The notes: a model not told the origin generated them from the sequence alone. A stretch of 64,000 nucleotides of DNA from an uncultured delta proteobacterium (GCA_963771465.1 CAVYTU010000017.1:1056001-1120000), one strand, 5' to 3'; shown: positions 19,308 through 29,738, counted from the first letter of the stretch. Program-made: numbers and translations.

Positions 19308-20462
19308 ATGAAGACGGCGAAGTTCATGCTTGGAATCGTTCGCTGCGGCGTAGCTGTTTCGGCGGCCATCGTATATTTCATGCTGGCCGCGGTTAGCTAT
19401 GCGGCCGATGCCAAGCCGGCGCAGCCGAATTGGGAAAAAACCCTCGCCGCGGCGAAGAAGGAAGGGCGGCTTAACTTATACGTCGGTCGCTACGGCACCG
19501 AGCCGCTGCTCAATGAGTTCCGCAAAGAGTTTCCCGAAATCAAGATCGTTTCAGTCAACGGCACCGGCAATTCTTTAGGCACGCGAATCATCACCGAGAT
19601 GCGCGCCAACAACGTCGTCGCCGATCTATTCAGCGGCGGCGCCAACACGAATCACGAGGTGCTTTACGAAGGCAAGGCGCTCGATTCGATAAAGTCAGCA
19701 TTGATCCTGCCGGAGGTGCTCGACGAGAGTAAGTGGTATGAAGGACGGCACCGTTACACTGATTCGGAGCAACGCCATATCTTTGTCTACATCGCCAATC
19801 CGACGTCATCCGGTTTTTACTACAATACCACGCTAGTCAATCCGAAAGAGACCAACTCTTTTTGGGATCTGGTGGCGGCCAAGTGGAAAGGTAAATATGT
19901 ATCCCAGGATCCCATGGGCACCGGGCTTGGCGGCGGGCTCCAGTTCATGTACTACCATCCCGAGCTTGGACCGGAATTTATCAAGCGGCTGTTCGGCGAC
20001 ATGCAGCCGACCTTTGGACGCGATCGAAGGCAAATTACCGACTGGCTGGCGCAGGGGCGCTACGCGCTCTGTCTCGGCTGCCGCGACACGGCGCGGGCAA
20101 AATCGCAGGGTCTGCCGGTGGATGAGTTCGATAACCTCAACTGGAAAGAAGGAGCGGAGCTGACCACGGGCGGCGGCACCATGAGCTTGATCAAGGGTGG
20201 ACCCAATCCCAATGCGGCAAGAGTTTTCATCAACTGGTTTCTCTCCCGCCGCGGCCAGATTGCGCTGCAGAAATATAGCGACCTTTACGGCGAAGATCCG
20301 CCCAACTCGCGGCGCATCGATATACCCAAAGAGATGCTCCCGGCCGTTAACCGTTTGCATGCCGACAGAAAATACTTCGATGTCTCCGATCCCAAGTACG
20401 CCGACATGACGCCGATCGTTGATCTGGTCAAGCAAGTGATGAAAGGGCGTGAAGTAAAATGA
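19308..20462 (+). CDS. Extracellular solute-binding protein, array I copy 2
   Basis: Signal peptide; AAAKKEGRLN; PNPNAARVFINWFLS; close paralog of the next two genes. Confidence 0.88.
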   Translation: MKTAKFMLGIVRCGVAVSAAIVYFMLAAVSYAADAKPAQPNWEKTLAAAKKEGRLNLYVGRYGTEPLLNEFRKEFPEIKIVSVNGTGNSLGTRIITEMRANNVVADLFSGGANTNHEVLYEGKALDSIKSALILPEVLDESKWYEGRHRYTDSEQRHIFVYIANPTSSGFYYNTTLVNPKETNSFWDLVAAKWKGKYVSQDPMGTGLGGGLQFMYYHPELGPEFIKRLFGDMQPTFGRDRRQITDWLAQGRYALCLGCRDTARAKSQGLPVDEFDNLNWKEGAELTTGGGTMSLIKGGPNPNAARVFINWFLSRRGQIALQKYSDLYGEDPPNSRRIDIPKEMLPAVNRLHADRKYFDVSDPKYADMTPIVDLVKQVMKGREVK

Positions 20463-21592
20463 TCTCGAACGCGCTCTTGAGCGTCGTTTTGCTATTCGGC
20501 GGTTTCGTCTGGGTGGCGCCCGGCTCGGCTGCGGACGCCAAGCCGGCTTGGCAGCTGACCTGGGAGAAAACCGTCGCCGCGGCGAAGAAAGAAGGACGGT
20601 TAAATTTCTACGTCGGGCGCTACGGCAGCGAGCCGCTGCTCAATGAGTTCCGCAAAGAATTTCCCGAGATCAAGATCGTCACGGTTAACGGCGCCGGCAA
20701 CTCACTGGGTACGCGCATCGTGTCGGAGGCGCGCGCGGGCGCGGTGGTCGCCGATCTTTACAGCGGCGGCGCGGTAACCAATTTCGAGATCCTTTACAAA
20801 GGCAAGGTGCTCGATTCGCTCAAGGCGGCGTTGATCCTGCCGGAGGTGCTCGACGAGTCGAAATGGTACGGCGGCAAGCACCGCTATAACGATCCGGAAC
20901 AAGAGCATGTATTCATCTACATCGCCAATCCGACCTCGGCGAGCATTTATTACAACACCAGCTTGGTCAATCCCAAAGATTTCAAATCCTTTTGGGATCT
21001 AGTCCAGCCCAAATGGAAAGGCAAATTCGTCTCCCAGGAGCCCACCGGCACGGGTATCGGTCCGTCGTTGCAGTTTTTCTTTTATCATCCGGAGCTCGGG
21101 CCGGAGTTTTTGCGCAAGCTATTCGTCGATCAGCAGCCGGTCTATTCACGAGACCGGCGCCAGATGACCGACTGGCTGGCGCAGGGGAAATTTGCCTTGT
21201 GCATGGGCTGTCGCGATTCCGAAAAAGCCAATAAGCAGGGACTGCCAGTGAATGACATGGACATGGTCGATTGGAAGGAAGGGGCGCATGTTTCCTCCGG
21301 CGGCGGTTCCATGAGCTTGATCAAGGGCGGACCGCACCCCAATGCCGCCAAGTTATTTATCAACTGGTTTTTAACCCGCCGCGGCCAGATCGCGCTGCAA
21401 AAATACGAAGATCTTTATAACGAGGAGCCGCCCAACTCGCGGCGCATCGATATACCCAAAGACATGTTGCCGGCCAGCAGCCGGCTGGTGGATGGCAGGC
21501 GGTATTTCGACTTCTCCGATCCGAAGTATTCCGATATGACGCCGATCTTTCAGTTGGCCAAGGAATTTATGAAGGGGCGTGAAACAAAATGA
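20459..21592 (+). CDS. Extracellular solute-binding protein, array I copy 3
   Basis: ATGA overlap with the previous gene; same motifs. Confidence 0.88.
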   Translation: MISNALLSVVLLFGGFVWVAPGSAADAKPAWQLTWEKTVAAAKKEGRLNFYVGRYGSEPLLNEFRKEFPEIKIVTVNGAGNSLGTRIVSEARAGAVVADLYSGGAVTNFEILYKGKVLDSLKAALILPEVLDESKWYGGKHRYNDPEQEHVFIYIANPTSASIYYNTSLVNPKDFKSFWDLVQPKWKGKFVSQEPTGTGIGPSLQFFFYHPELGPEFLRKLFVDQQPVYSRDRRQMTDWLAQGKFALCMGCRDSEKANKQGLPVNDMDMVDWKEGAHVSSGGGSMSLIKGGPHPNAAKLFINWFLTRRGQIALQKYEDLYNEEPPNSRRIDIPKDMLPASSRLVDGRRYFDFSDPKYSDMTPIFQLAKEFMKGRETK

Positions 21593-22722
21593 TTATGCAC
21601 GCGCTGTTGAGTATCGCTTTGATGCTCTGCGGTTTTGTCTGGGTCGCGCGCGGTTTAGCCGCCGACACCAAGCCAGCCTGGCAGGTCACTTGGGAAAATA
21701 CCGTTGCCGCGGCGAAGAAGGAAGGCCGATTGAACTTCTACGTCGGCCGTTACGGCACCGAGCCGCTGCTCAATGAATTCCGCAAAGAATTTCCCGAGAT
21801 TAAAATCGTCACGGTCAACGGCGCCGGCAATACCTTGGGCACGCGAATAATCACCGAGCTACGCGCGGGCAACGTCCTGGCCGATCTATTTAGCGGCGGC
21901 GCGAATACGAACTATGAAATCCTTTATGAAGGTAAAGCGCTCGATTCGATCAAGTCGACGCTGATTCTCCCCGAGGTGCTCGACGAAAGTAAGTGGTTCG
22001 AAGGGCGGCACCGTTACACGGACCCTGAGAGCAGACATATCTTTGTCTATATCGCCAACCCTTCGACTTCCGGCTTTTACTTCAATACCACGCTGGCGAG
22101 TCCCAAGGATTTTAAATCCTACTGGGATTTGGTCGCGCCCAAGTGGAAAGGCAAATACGTTTCCCAAGACCCCACGGGAACCGGGCTTGGCGCGTCGATG
22201 CAATTCTATTACTACCATCCCGAGCTGGGGCCGGAGTTTGTCAAGAAATTATTTGGCGAGATGCAGCCGACTTTCGGCCGCGATCGCAGACAAATAACCG
22301 ACTGGCTCGCACAGGGACGTTTCGCGCTGTGCGTCGGCTGCCGCGACACCGCGCGGGCGAAATCCCAGGGACTGCCGGTCGATGAACTTGATATGGTCGA
22401 CTGGAAAGAAGGCTGGCATATCACGTCGGGCGGCGGCTCGATGAGCTTGATCAAAGGCGCGCCCAATCCCAACGCGGCTAAAGTTTTCGTCAATTGGTTC
22501 CTCTCGCGCCGCGGCCAGATCGCGATGCAAAAATACAACGATCTCTACGGCGAAGATCCGCCCAACTCGCGGCGCATCGATATCCCCAAAGACATGCTTC
22601 CCGCGGTCAACCGCATGCAGCCGGGAAAAAAATACTTCGATGTCTCCGATCCCAAGTACGCCGACATGACGCCGATGTTCGATCTCATCAAGCAGATCAT
22701 GAAGGGGCGGGAGGCGAAGTAG
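21589..22722 (+). CDS. Extracellular solute-binding protein, array I copy 4
   Basis: ATGA overlap with the previous gene; same motifs. Confidence 0.88.
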   Translation: MIMHALLSIALMLCGFVWVARGLAADTKPAWQVTWENTVAAAKKEGRLNFYVGRYGTEPLLNEFRKEFPEIKIVTVNGAGNTLGTRIITELRAGNVLADLFSGGANTNYEILYEGKALDSIKSTLILPEVLDESKWFEGRHRYTDPESRHIFVYIANPSTSGFYFNTTLASPKDFKSYWDLVAPKWKGKYVSQDPTGTGLGASMQFYYYHPELGPEFVKKLFGEMQPTFGRDRRQITDWLAQGRFALCVGCRDTARAKSQGLPVDELDMVDWKEGWHITSGGGSMSLIKGAPNPNAAKVFVNWFLSRRGQIAMQKYNDLYGEDPPNSRRIDIPKDMLPAVNRMQPGKKYFDVSDPKYADMTPMFDLIKQIMKGREAK

Positions 22723-22806
22723 TCTTTCTCAGGGTTATCCCTTAGAGATTGTCTTCGCTGGCTCATAGGACAACCGCCGGGAGATTGAAACGCGCCGAAT
22801 CGACGC

Positions 22807-22835
22807 TTGACCCTCCAGTGATCTGCCGATATCCT
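22807..22835 (+). promoter_or_regulatory. Putative sigma-70 promoter
   Basis: TTGACC-N17-TATCCT, 28 nt upstream of the ATG at 22863. Confidence 0.5.
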
Positions 22836-22862
22836 CGCGGCTAAATCTTGTTCTCCACACCT

Positions 22863-23975
22863 ATGGATCAGGAAATCATCAGGCGGCTCAAAGCGCGCAT
22901 CGCGGCAGAAGGTCTCGATGCTATCGTCGCGATGTCGCCGGAAAATGTTACCTACGTCTCCGGCTTTGTCGTGCCGTCGCAGGCGTTGATGCGCTGGCGC
23001 CACGCGGCTTGTATCGTCACCGCGGACGGGCGGATTTCCATGGTCGCCATCGACATGGAAGCGACGACGGTTAAGGCGAATGCGGGTATCGACGACCTAC
23101 GCATCTATCGGGAATTCTCAGACGACCCATGGATAAGCTTGCCGAAGCCGCTCAAGGATTTGAGACTCGATCGTGGCAAGGTTGCCATCGAGATGGAGTT
23201 TCTGCCTGCAAAGGATTTTGCCACGCTGCAAAAGAATTTGCCGAACGTTCATTGGCTGGCGGCCGATGCAATTTTCAATAAGGCGCGGCAAATTAAAACT
23301 CCCGACGAGTTGGCGTTGCTGCGCGCGTTGAGCAAGCTCACCGACAAGGCCATCGGTGCGGCATTGCGTTCGGCTAAAATCGGCATGAGCGAAATGGAAT
23401 TGGCCGGCACGCTTCTGACTGCGCTGTTTAGCGGCGGCGCGGAAAGTTACAAGTTGATGATCATCGCCAGCGGCGAGCGCAGCCAATTTCCCAATGTCGG
23501 ACCGACCGAGCGCAAATTGCAACACGGCGACATCATCCGCATGGAGATATTCGGCCAGAAGTGCGGCTATTTAACCGGTGTCTGCCGCACGGCGGTGGTC
23601 GACGACGCGACGCCGGAACAGTATAAGATTTGGTCGAACCTGATCGAATGCAAATATCTGGTCATGGACTTGATCAAGCCGGGTGTGAGCTGCCCGGAGG
23701 TTTATCGGAAATTCTTGACGAAGTTCAGCGAGCTCGGCTTTGAGCCGATCAGTTTTGTCGCCCACGGCATCGGACTGCATTTGCACGAAGAGCCCTACAT
23801 GGGACGATACGGCGATGAGATTGTCGAGACGGGCATGGTCGGCGCCTTTGAACCGCTAGTTTATATTCCCGGCCGATTCGGCATGCAGAACAAAGACATG
23901 TTCTGCGTGATGGAAACCGGCTGCGAATTGCTCTCGGACGTGACCCCGACCGATACGCTATTGAGAGTTGGCTAA
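22863..23975 (+). CDS. M24 (Xaa-Pro peptidase/creatinase-fold) hydrolase with a non-canonical metal site
   Basis: Creatinase_N-like start (SPENVTYVSG), RQIKTPDEL, HGIGLHLHE and FEP motifs. Confidence 0.8.
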   Translation: MDQEIIRRLKARIAAEGLDAIVAMSPENVTYVSGFVVPSQALMRWRHAACIVTADGRISMVAIDMEATTVKANAGIDDLRIYREFSDDPWISLPKPLKDLRLDRGKVAIEMEFLPAKDFATLQKNLPNVHWLAADAIFNKARQIKTPDELALLRALSKLTDKAIGAALRSAKIGMSEMELAGTLLTALFSGGAESYKLMIIASGERSQFPNVGPTERKLQHGDIIRMEIFGQKCGYLTGVCRTAVVDDATPEQYKIWSNLIECKYLVMDLIKPGVSCPEVYRKFLTKFSELGFEPISFVAHGIGLHLHEEPYMGRYGDEIVETGMVGAFEPLVYIPGRFGMQNKDMFCVMETGCELLSDVTPTDTLLRVG

Positions 23976-23976
23976 A

Positions 23977-25131
23977 ATGAAAATCACCAGGATCGAAACG
24001 ATTCCCATCCGTCTGCCGACGCGCCGCGTGCATCAGTGGGCGAGTCTGACTACGCCGATCGGTGTCTACGTCATCATCAAGCTCTACACTGACGAAGGGT
24101 TGATCGGTCTCGGCGAAGCGCCGGTGCTCAAAGACTGGGGCGGCGATCACGGTAAATATTTCGGCGAGACGCCGCAGACCACGGCGCATATCGTCAACGA
24201 CATTCTCGCCCCGGCGCTGAAAGGCCAAGACCCGAGCCGCTTCGAAGCGATCCACGCGCTGATGGACAAAGCGGTAAAAGGTTATCCCTATTGCAAAGCG
24301 GCCATCGACGCGGCGCTTTACGATGTCGTCGGCAAGGCATTGAAAGTTCCCGCGTATCAATTGCTCGGCGGGCTTTTTCGCCAACGCATTCCCATCGCTC
24401 ACAGCTTGGGCCTGATGGAAATCGAAAAGGCGGTTGAAGAAGCACTGCAAGCCAAATCCGAAGGCGTCAAAACCATCAAGCTCAAAGGCGGCCTCGACCA
24501 GAAACGGGATGTCGAGTTGGTGAAGCAGATTCGCCGCGCCATTGGACCGGATTTGAATATCTGCGTCGATGCCAATCAGGGCTATCCGTCAGCCAAAGCC
24601 GCCGTGAAAATTACCAAGGCGATGGAAGAATATAACCTGCTTTACATGGAGCAGCCGGTGGAAGGCATCGACCAGATGGCCGAAGTGGCGCGCCGCGTCG
24701 ACACGCCGATCATGGCCGACGAAAGCGCCTGGACGGCGCAAGATGTCATCGAGATCGTGCGCAAGAAGGCTGCCGATATGATTTCGATCTACACGACCAA
24801 GCCAGGCGGTATGTTTAAAGCCAAGAAAGTCGCCGCCGTGGCCGAAGCTGGCGGCCTCAAGTGCAACGTCAACGGTTCGGTGGAGACCGGCGTCGGCAAC
24901 GCGGCCAATATTCATCTGGCGGCATCGACTGGTGTGGTGACTTACGGTTGCGTGGTTCCAGTCTCCACACCGAAGGGAAAAGGCAAAGGCGGCATCGCCG
25001 GCATTTACTATCAGGACGATATCATCACCGAAGCGCTGGACTATGCCGATGGCGACGTGCTTGTCTCGTCAAAGCCGGGACTCGGCATCGAGCTGGATGA
25101 AGATAAGATCAAGCATTACCGGATTGCGTAA
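23977..25131 (+). CDS. Enolase superfamily, muconate cycloisomerase (MLE) subgroup enzyme
   Basis: GLGEA, KLK, DANQG, EQP, MADES and PGLGIELD motifs. Confidence 0.85.
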   Translation: MKITRIETIPIRLPTRRVHQWASLTTPIGVYVIIKLYTDEGLIGLGEAPVLKDWGGDHGKYFGETPQTTAHIVNDILAPALKGQDPSRFEAIHALMDKAVKGYPYCKAAIDAALYDVVGKALKVPAYQLLGGLFRQRIPIAHSLGLMEIEKAVEEALQAKSEGVKTIKLKGGLDQKRDVELVKQIRRAIGPDLNICVDANQGYPSAKAAVKITKAMEEYNLLYMEQPVEGIDQMAEVARRVDTPIMADESAWTAQDVIEIVRKKAADMISIYTTKPGGMFKAKKVAAVAEAGGLKCNVNGSVETGVGNAANIHLAASTGVVTYGCVVPVSTPKGKGKGGIAGIYYQDDIITEALDYADGDVLVSSKPGLGIELDEDKIKHYRIA

Positions 25132-25186
25132 TGAGTATCTGACGAAGAAGGTTTACTTTCCCGTCGCGAAGTTGAATGGAATGAGA

Positions 25187-25263
25187 GTCATACCGGCGCA
25201 AGCCGGTATCCAGGGGTGGCGGGAAATGGCAGGGAGCCTGGATTCCCGTTCGCGGGAAAGACG
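25187..25263. repeat. REP-like element (same family as 12117-12194)
   Basis: gtcataccggc-gcaa-gccggtatccag ... ctggattcccg-ttcg-cgggaaagac. Confidence 0.65.
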
Positions 25264-25304
25264 GACTACGTGAAGTTGTTCGGTTCCTACCATTCCTTTG
25301 AGTT

Positions 25305-26411
25305 ATGACCATCAAGAAAATCGCGATTCTCGGCGCTGGTAACGGCGGCTGCGCAGCCGCGGCTGATCTCAGCTTGCGTGGTTTCCAAGTACGACTTTTC
25401 TCCCGCTCAGAAAGCACGATGGTCAAACTTGGCAAGCTCGGAGAGATCGAGCTGGTCGAGAACGGTGTGAGTAAAAAAGCCGCGCCGTATTTCATGAGCC
25501 CGCATCTGCCGCCCGTCGTTCAGGGTGCTGATCTTATCGTCATCGCCACGCCGTCGGTTGGCCATGAGTATCTGGCGAAGAATCTGGCGAATCATCTTGC
25601 CGACGGTCAGCGCATCTTACTCAACCCCGGCCACACCGGCGGCTCGCTCCACTTCGCCAATCTCCTGCGCGGGCTGGGCTGCAAAGCCGACGTGAAGCTC
25701 TGCGAAACCGTAACGCTCACTTACATTTGCCGCATGCCGCAGTTTGGCCGGGTCGAAGTTTATCGGCGCACGACAAACCTGCGCTGCGCCGCGTTTCCCG
25801 GAAAGTATACGGCTAATCTTGTCAGCGAGATTCAGCAAGTTTTTCCAAACATCGTGCCGGCGGCTAACGTGCTGGACACCGGTTTCTCGAACATCAACGC
25901 GATCATGCATCCGGCGGGAATGCTCGGTAACGCCGGTTGGATCGAGAAGAGCGGCGGCGACTTTCTTTGGTATCGTGACGGCATCACGCCGTCCATCGGC
26001 GCGTGGATCGATGCTGTCGATTGCGAACGGCTGGAAATCGTTCGCTTGCTTGGACTCAAGCCGCTGCGCTTCGTCGACATCTTTCATCAGGCCGGTTTGA
26101 CGACTGCGGCGGCGCGCGATTCAGGATCGGCTTACGAGGCGATTCATAACAGCGAACCAAACTTCACGATCAAATCGCCGCCGACGCTCGATCATCGCTA
26201 TATTCGCGAAGATGTCGGCTACGGTCTGGTGCCGATGGCGGAGATCGGCAATTTGCTCGGGGTGAAGACGCCGGTGATGGACGCGCTGATCACGCTGGCG
26301 TCGACCGCGCTCGGAGCGAATTTTCGACAAGATGGTTTGACCCTCAGCAAAATGGGGCTCGCGGGAATCGCACCGCAACAGTTGCCGAGTACTGTTTTAG
26401 ACGGATTTTAG
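25305..26411 (+). CDS. NAD/NADP octopine/nopaline (opine) dehydrogenase family protein
   Basis: ILGAGNGG, LNPG, NINAIMHP and HRYIREDVGYGLVP motifs. Confidence 0.85.
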   Translation: MTIKKIAILGAGNGGCAAAADLSLRGFQVRLFSRSESTMVKLGKLGEIELVENGVSKKAAPYFMSPHLPPVVQGADLIVIATPSVGHEYLAKNLANHLADGQRILLNPGHTGGSLHFANLLRGLGCKADVKLCETVTLTYICRMPQFGRVEVYRRTTNLRCAAFPGKYTANLVSEIQQVFPNIVPAANVLDTGFSNINAIMHPAGMLGNAGWIEKSGGDFLWYRDGITPSIGAWIDAVDCERLEIVRLLGLKPLRFVDIFHQAGLTTAAARDSGSAYEAIHNSEPNFTIKSPPTLDHRYIREDVGYGLVPMAEIGNLLGVKTPVMDALITLASTALGANFRQDGLTLSKMGLAGIAPQQLPSTVLDGF

Positions 26412-26420
26412 GAGACGGTT

Positions 26421-27404
26421 ATGCGCGTAGGTCTTTGCTTTGACGGCTTTTATTCGATCCAAGAAATGATCGAGCTGGCCCAGTTGGCCGATGATATCGG
26501 CATGGACTCGATCTGGATGTCGGATCACCTTTGCTTCCGCGACTCGTTCACCACTTCGATGGCATTGCTGGCATCGACTAACAAGATAAAAGTCGCCGCC
26601 GCGCCCATGAGTCCGTACACGCGCAATCCGATAATCACCGCCATGTCGATTGCGACGATGGCGGAGTTCGCGCCGGGGCGGGTGATCGCGAGCCCAGGGA
26701 CAGGCAATGCGGCGGCACTCAAAGAGGCCGGCATCGACTCGCCGCATCCGCTGCAGACCATGCGTGAGTATGTCGACGTTCTGCGCCGCTATTTGAAGGG
26801 GGATGCGGTGAATTTCCAGGGCCAGATGATTCAAGTAAACGGCGCTAAGATGGGCTTCATTCCCGCCGATCCGATCGCCATGTACATCACCGCGGTACGC
26901 CCGCGGATGCTGCAACTTGGCGGTGAGATCGGCGACGGTGTTTTGCTCTCCGGCGGATGTTCGCCGGGCTACATTGCGCAGTGTGTCGAAGAAATTGCTA
27001 AGGGTGCAGCGAAAGCGGAGAAATCTCGCCCCGATGTCGACGTCGCCGGATTCGTCATTGCGGCCGTATCGGACAACGCCAAGGAAGCGATCGAGGCTAA
27101 CAAGATGTTTCTCGCTTACATTTTTCGCAACGTGCACCACACAGAAAATATCCGCCTGGGTGGCGGCAGGGTCGATCAGCAAGGGCTAGCGGCGGCGGTC
27201 GGCAAACGCGACTGGGAAGCGGCAAAGAAATTCATCAGCGATGAAGTGGTATTTGCCCATTCGGTGGCCGGCACGCCGAACGATTGCGCTAAACAGCTTG
27301 AAGCGTTTACCAAGGGCGGACTAGATTTACCCATCGTTTTGCCGACCGGAACGCAAGATGCGCGCAAGAAGGTCGTTCGCATGGTACGTGAGATCGTTGG
27401 CTAG
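26421..27404 (+). CDS. LLM-class flavin/F420-dependent oxidoreductase (Mer-like)
   Basis: DSIWMSDH, SPYTRNP and PRMLQLGGEIGDGV motifs. Confidence 0.85.
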   Translation: MRVGLCFDGFYSIQEMIELAQLADDIGMDSIWMSDHLCFRDSFTTSMALLASTNKIKVAAAPMSPYTRNPIITAMSIATMAEFAPGRVIASPGTGNAAALKEAGIDSPHPLQTMREYVDVLRRYLKGDAVNFQGQMIQVNGAKMGFIPADPIAMYITAVRPRMLQLGGEIGDGVLLSGGCSPGYIAQCVEEIAKGAAKAEKSRPDVDVAGFVIAAVSDNAKEAIEANKMFLAYIFRNVHHTENIRLGGGRVDQQGLAAAVGKRDWEAAKKFISDEVVFAHSVAGTPNDCAKQLEAFTKGGLDLPIVLPTGTQDARKKVVRMVREIVG

Positions 27405-27474
27405 AAGTTATTTGCGCTGGGTTTTTTCCGATGACGATCGTCTAAACCGCATACTGGTTGAATACGAGGTGGAT

Positions 27475-28612
27475 ATGGAATCTGTCGCTGCTGCGAAAAG
27501 AAAATCCCCCTCACTCCCTCTTTTTCTAAGGGGGAAATGGGATCGGAAAGAGATTTACCCCTCTTTGAAAAAGAGGGGTAAGGGGAGATTTTCTTCTCAC
27601 CTAATTTCACTTATGCAGTGGGGATTGCTAACGTTGCTTTGGTTATTTGTCGCTCCGCTGGCGCAAGTATCGGCCCAAGGCGTCAGTCTCGAGGCGGCGA
27701 AGAAGGAAGGTAAAGTTTACGTCTACGGCACAATCATTCCGCAGGTGATGAAGCTGATCGAAGCCGGCTTCGAAGCCAAGTACGGCGTCAATATCGAATA
27801 TTGGCGCGGCGACGCGACCAAGGTCGTTGACCGCGTGCTGACGGAATGGCGCGCCGGCAAGCCTGGCTTTGACATGGTGATCGGCGCCCGTGGGCCGTTG
27901 TCTTTGGCCAAGGTCGACGGTGTTTACGCCAAGTTCACACCGGCGAGCGCGGCCAACTTCCCTGCTAAGTTTCGCGACCCGGACGGACAACTGACTGCGT
28001 GGCGCATCACTCCCGTAGGGATTCTCACCAATACCGACTTGGTCAGAGCCAACGACGTCCCAAAGAGTTGGGATGATTTGCTCGATCCCAAGTGGCAGGG
28101 AAAAATCACCATGCCCGATCCTTCGCGCCACGCTAGCACGGCGACGTTTCTGTGGAATCTGCAGAAGATCAAAGGTGACAAGTGGCTCGACTTCGTGCGC
28201 GCGCTGGCGAAACAAAGGCCGCACTTGGTGGAATCCTATTCTTCCGTGCCCAACGCCATCGTCCGCGGCGAAGCGGCCCTCGGCATTTCCTACATACAGT
28301 ATGTGCCGCAAACCAAGGGGCCCATCGGCTTCGCTCCCATTGACCAGGTGTTTGCCGATCCCAGCGATGCAGCAATCAGTGCCAAGGCGGCCAATCCCAA
28401 CGCGGCGAGGTTTTTGATCGACTATCTCTGTTCGCCCGAGGGCCAGAAGAAAGTCGCCGAGACGCATGAGTTTGTGTTGTCGCCGGGCGTTTTTCCCGCC
28501 ATCAAGGGCGCCGATCGGATCGTGGCCAATCTGCAGCTCCTGGAAGATCCAAGCGCGGAGCAGCTGCAGAAGCTGCAGAGCCGATTTTCGCCAACTGTTC
28601 GTGGCCAAATAG
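27475..28612 (+). CDS. Extracellular solute-binding protein (probable 1-nt insertion near 28581; the uncorrected ORF ends at 28632)
   Basis: GAGGTGG RBS; AAKKEGKVYVY and PKSWDDLLDPKWQGK motifs; removing one C gives ...DFRQLFVAK*, matching the paralog's FREIFFAK*. Confidence 0.8.
27499..27594. repeat. 96-bp palindromic element (CCCCTCTTT..AAAGAGGGG type) in frame in the SBP N-terminus
   Basis: Terminal inverted repeats agaaaatccccct / aggggagattttct; internal hairpin cccctcttt-gaa-aaagagggg. Confidence 0.75.
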
Positions 28613-28687
28613 ATTTTCGACTGCCAGCTTGACTTAGATAGGGTCGGTCGATACTTGTTGAACGTTTTCCACTAATCGGAGGGATGG

Positions 28688-29705
28688 ATGAAAAGCATTA
28701 GAAGATTTTTCGTACTGATGGTCGGGCTGCTTATGGTCGTGTTTGGTAGCGCGCCGCTGCCGGCGCAGCAGGCCAACATCGACGCCGCAAAGAAGGAAGG
28801 CAAGATCGTCGTTTATGGCTCGGTGGTGCCGCAGGCGATGGAGGGATTGCATCAGGCGTTCAAAAAAAAATATGGCATCGACGTGGAATACTGGCGCGGC
28901 TCTTCGACTCAAGTGTCGGAGCGCGCGCTTGACCGAATGGCGCGCCGGGAAGCCGGGATTTGATATCGCTGAAGGCAATCGCGGCGTGCAATTGATCATG
29001 AAGAGCGAGGGGTTGTTTCAGAAGTTCGTGCCGCCGAACTCGGAGAAGTTTCCGGCGCAGTACAAGGAAAAGGATGGCCTGATCACGCCTTGGCGCGTGC
29101 TGCCGATCAGCATCCTTTACAATACCGAGCTGGTTAAGGCCGGCGACTTGCCCAAGACCTTCGACGATTTGTTAAATCCAAAGTGGAGCGGAAAAATCTC
29201 CATCCCCGATCCGACCCGTCATACCACCACCGCGCAGTTTCTCTGGAACCTGGAGAAATTCATGGGCAACAAATGGTTGGACTACGTCAAGGCGTTGGCC
29301 AAACAGAAACCGATTTTGGTGGAGTCGTTGGCGCCAGTGACAACGACGATCATCAAAGGCGAGGCGCCGGTGGGAATTACTTATATAAAGTACATCAAAC
29401 AGTACAAAGGACCGGTGAATTACATCCCCATGGACAAATATCTCACCGACCCCAATTATTTGAGCCTGGGCGCCAAAACCACCCGTCCGAATGCGGCAAA
29501 GCTGTATATCGATTTCGCGTGCTCGCCTGAAGGACAAAAGGAAATTGCCGAAGACGGTGAATTCGTCTTGGCGCCCGATGTTTATCCGCCGATTAAGGAT
29601 GCCGAAAAAGTAGCACCGCGAATGGTTTTTATGGATAATCCGTCTGAGGATGAGTTCAAAAAACTCATGAGCGGGACCTTCCGCGAGATATTTTTCGCCA
29701 AGTAA
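28688..29705 (+). CDS. Extracellular solute-binding protein (frameshift near 28928)
   Basis: ORFs 28688-28963 and 28743-29705 join to SERALTEWRAGKPGFD, as in the upstream paralog. Confidence 0.8.
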
Positions 29706-29738
29706 GAATTGGCAAGCGCAATTCAAATTGGCTTATCG

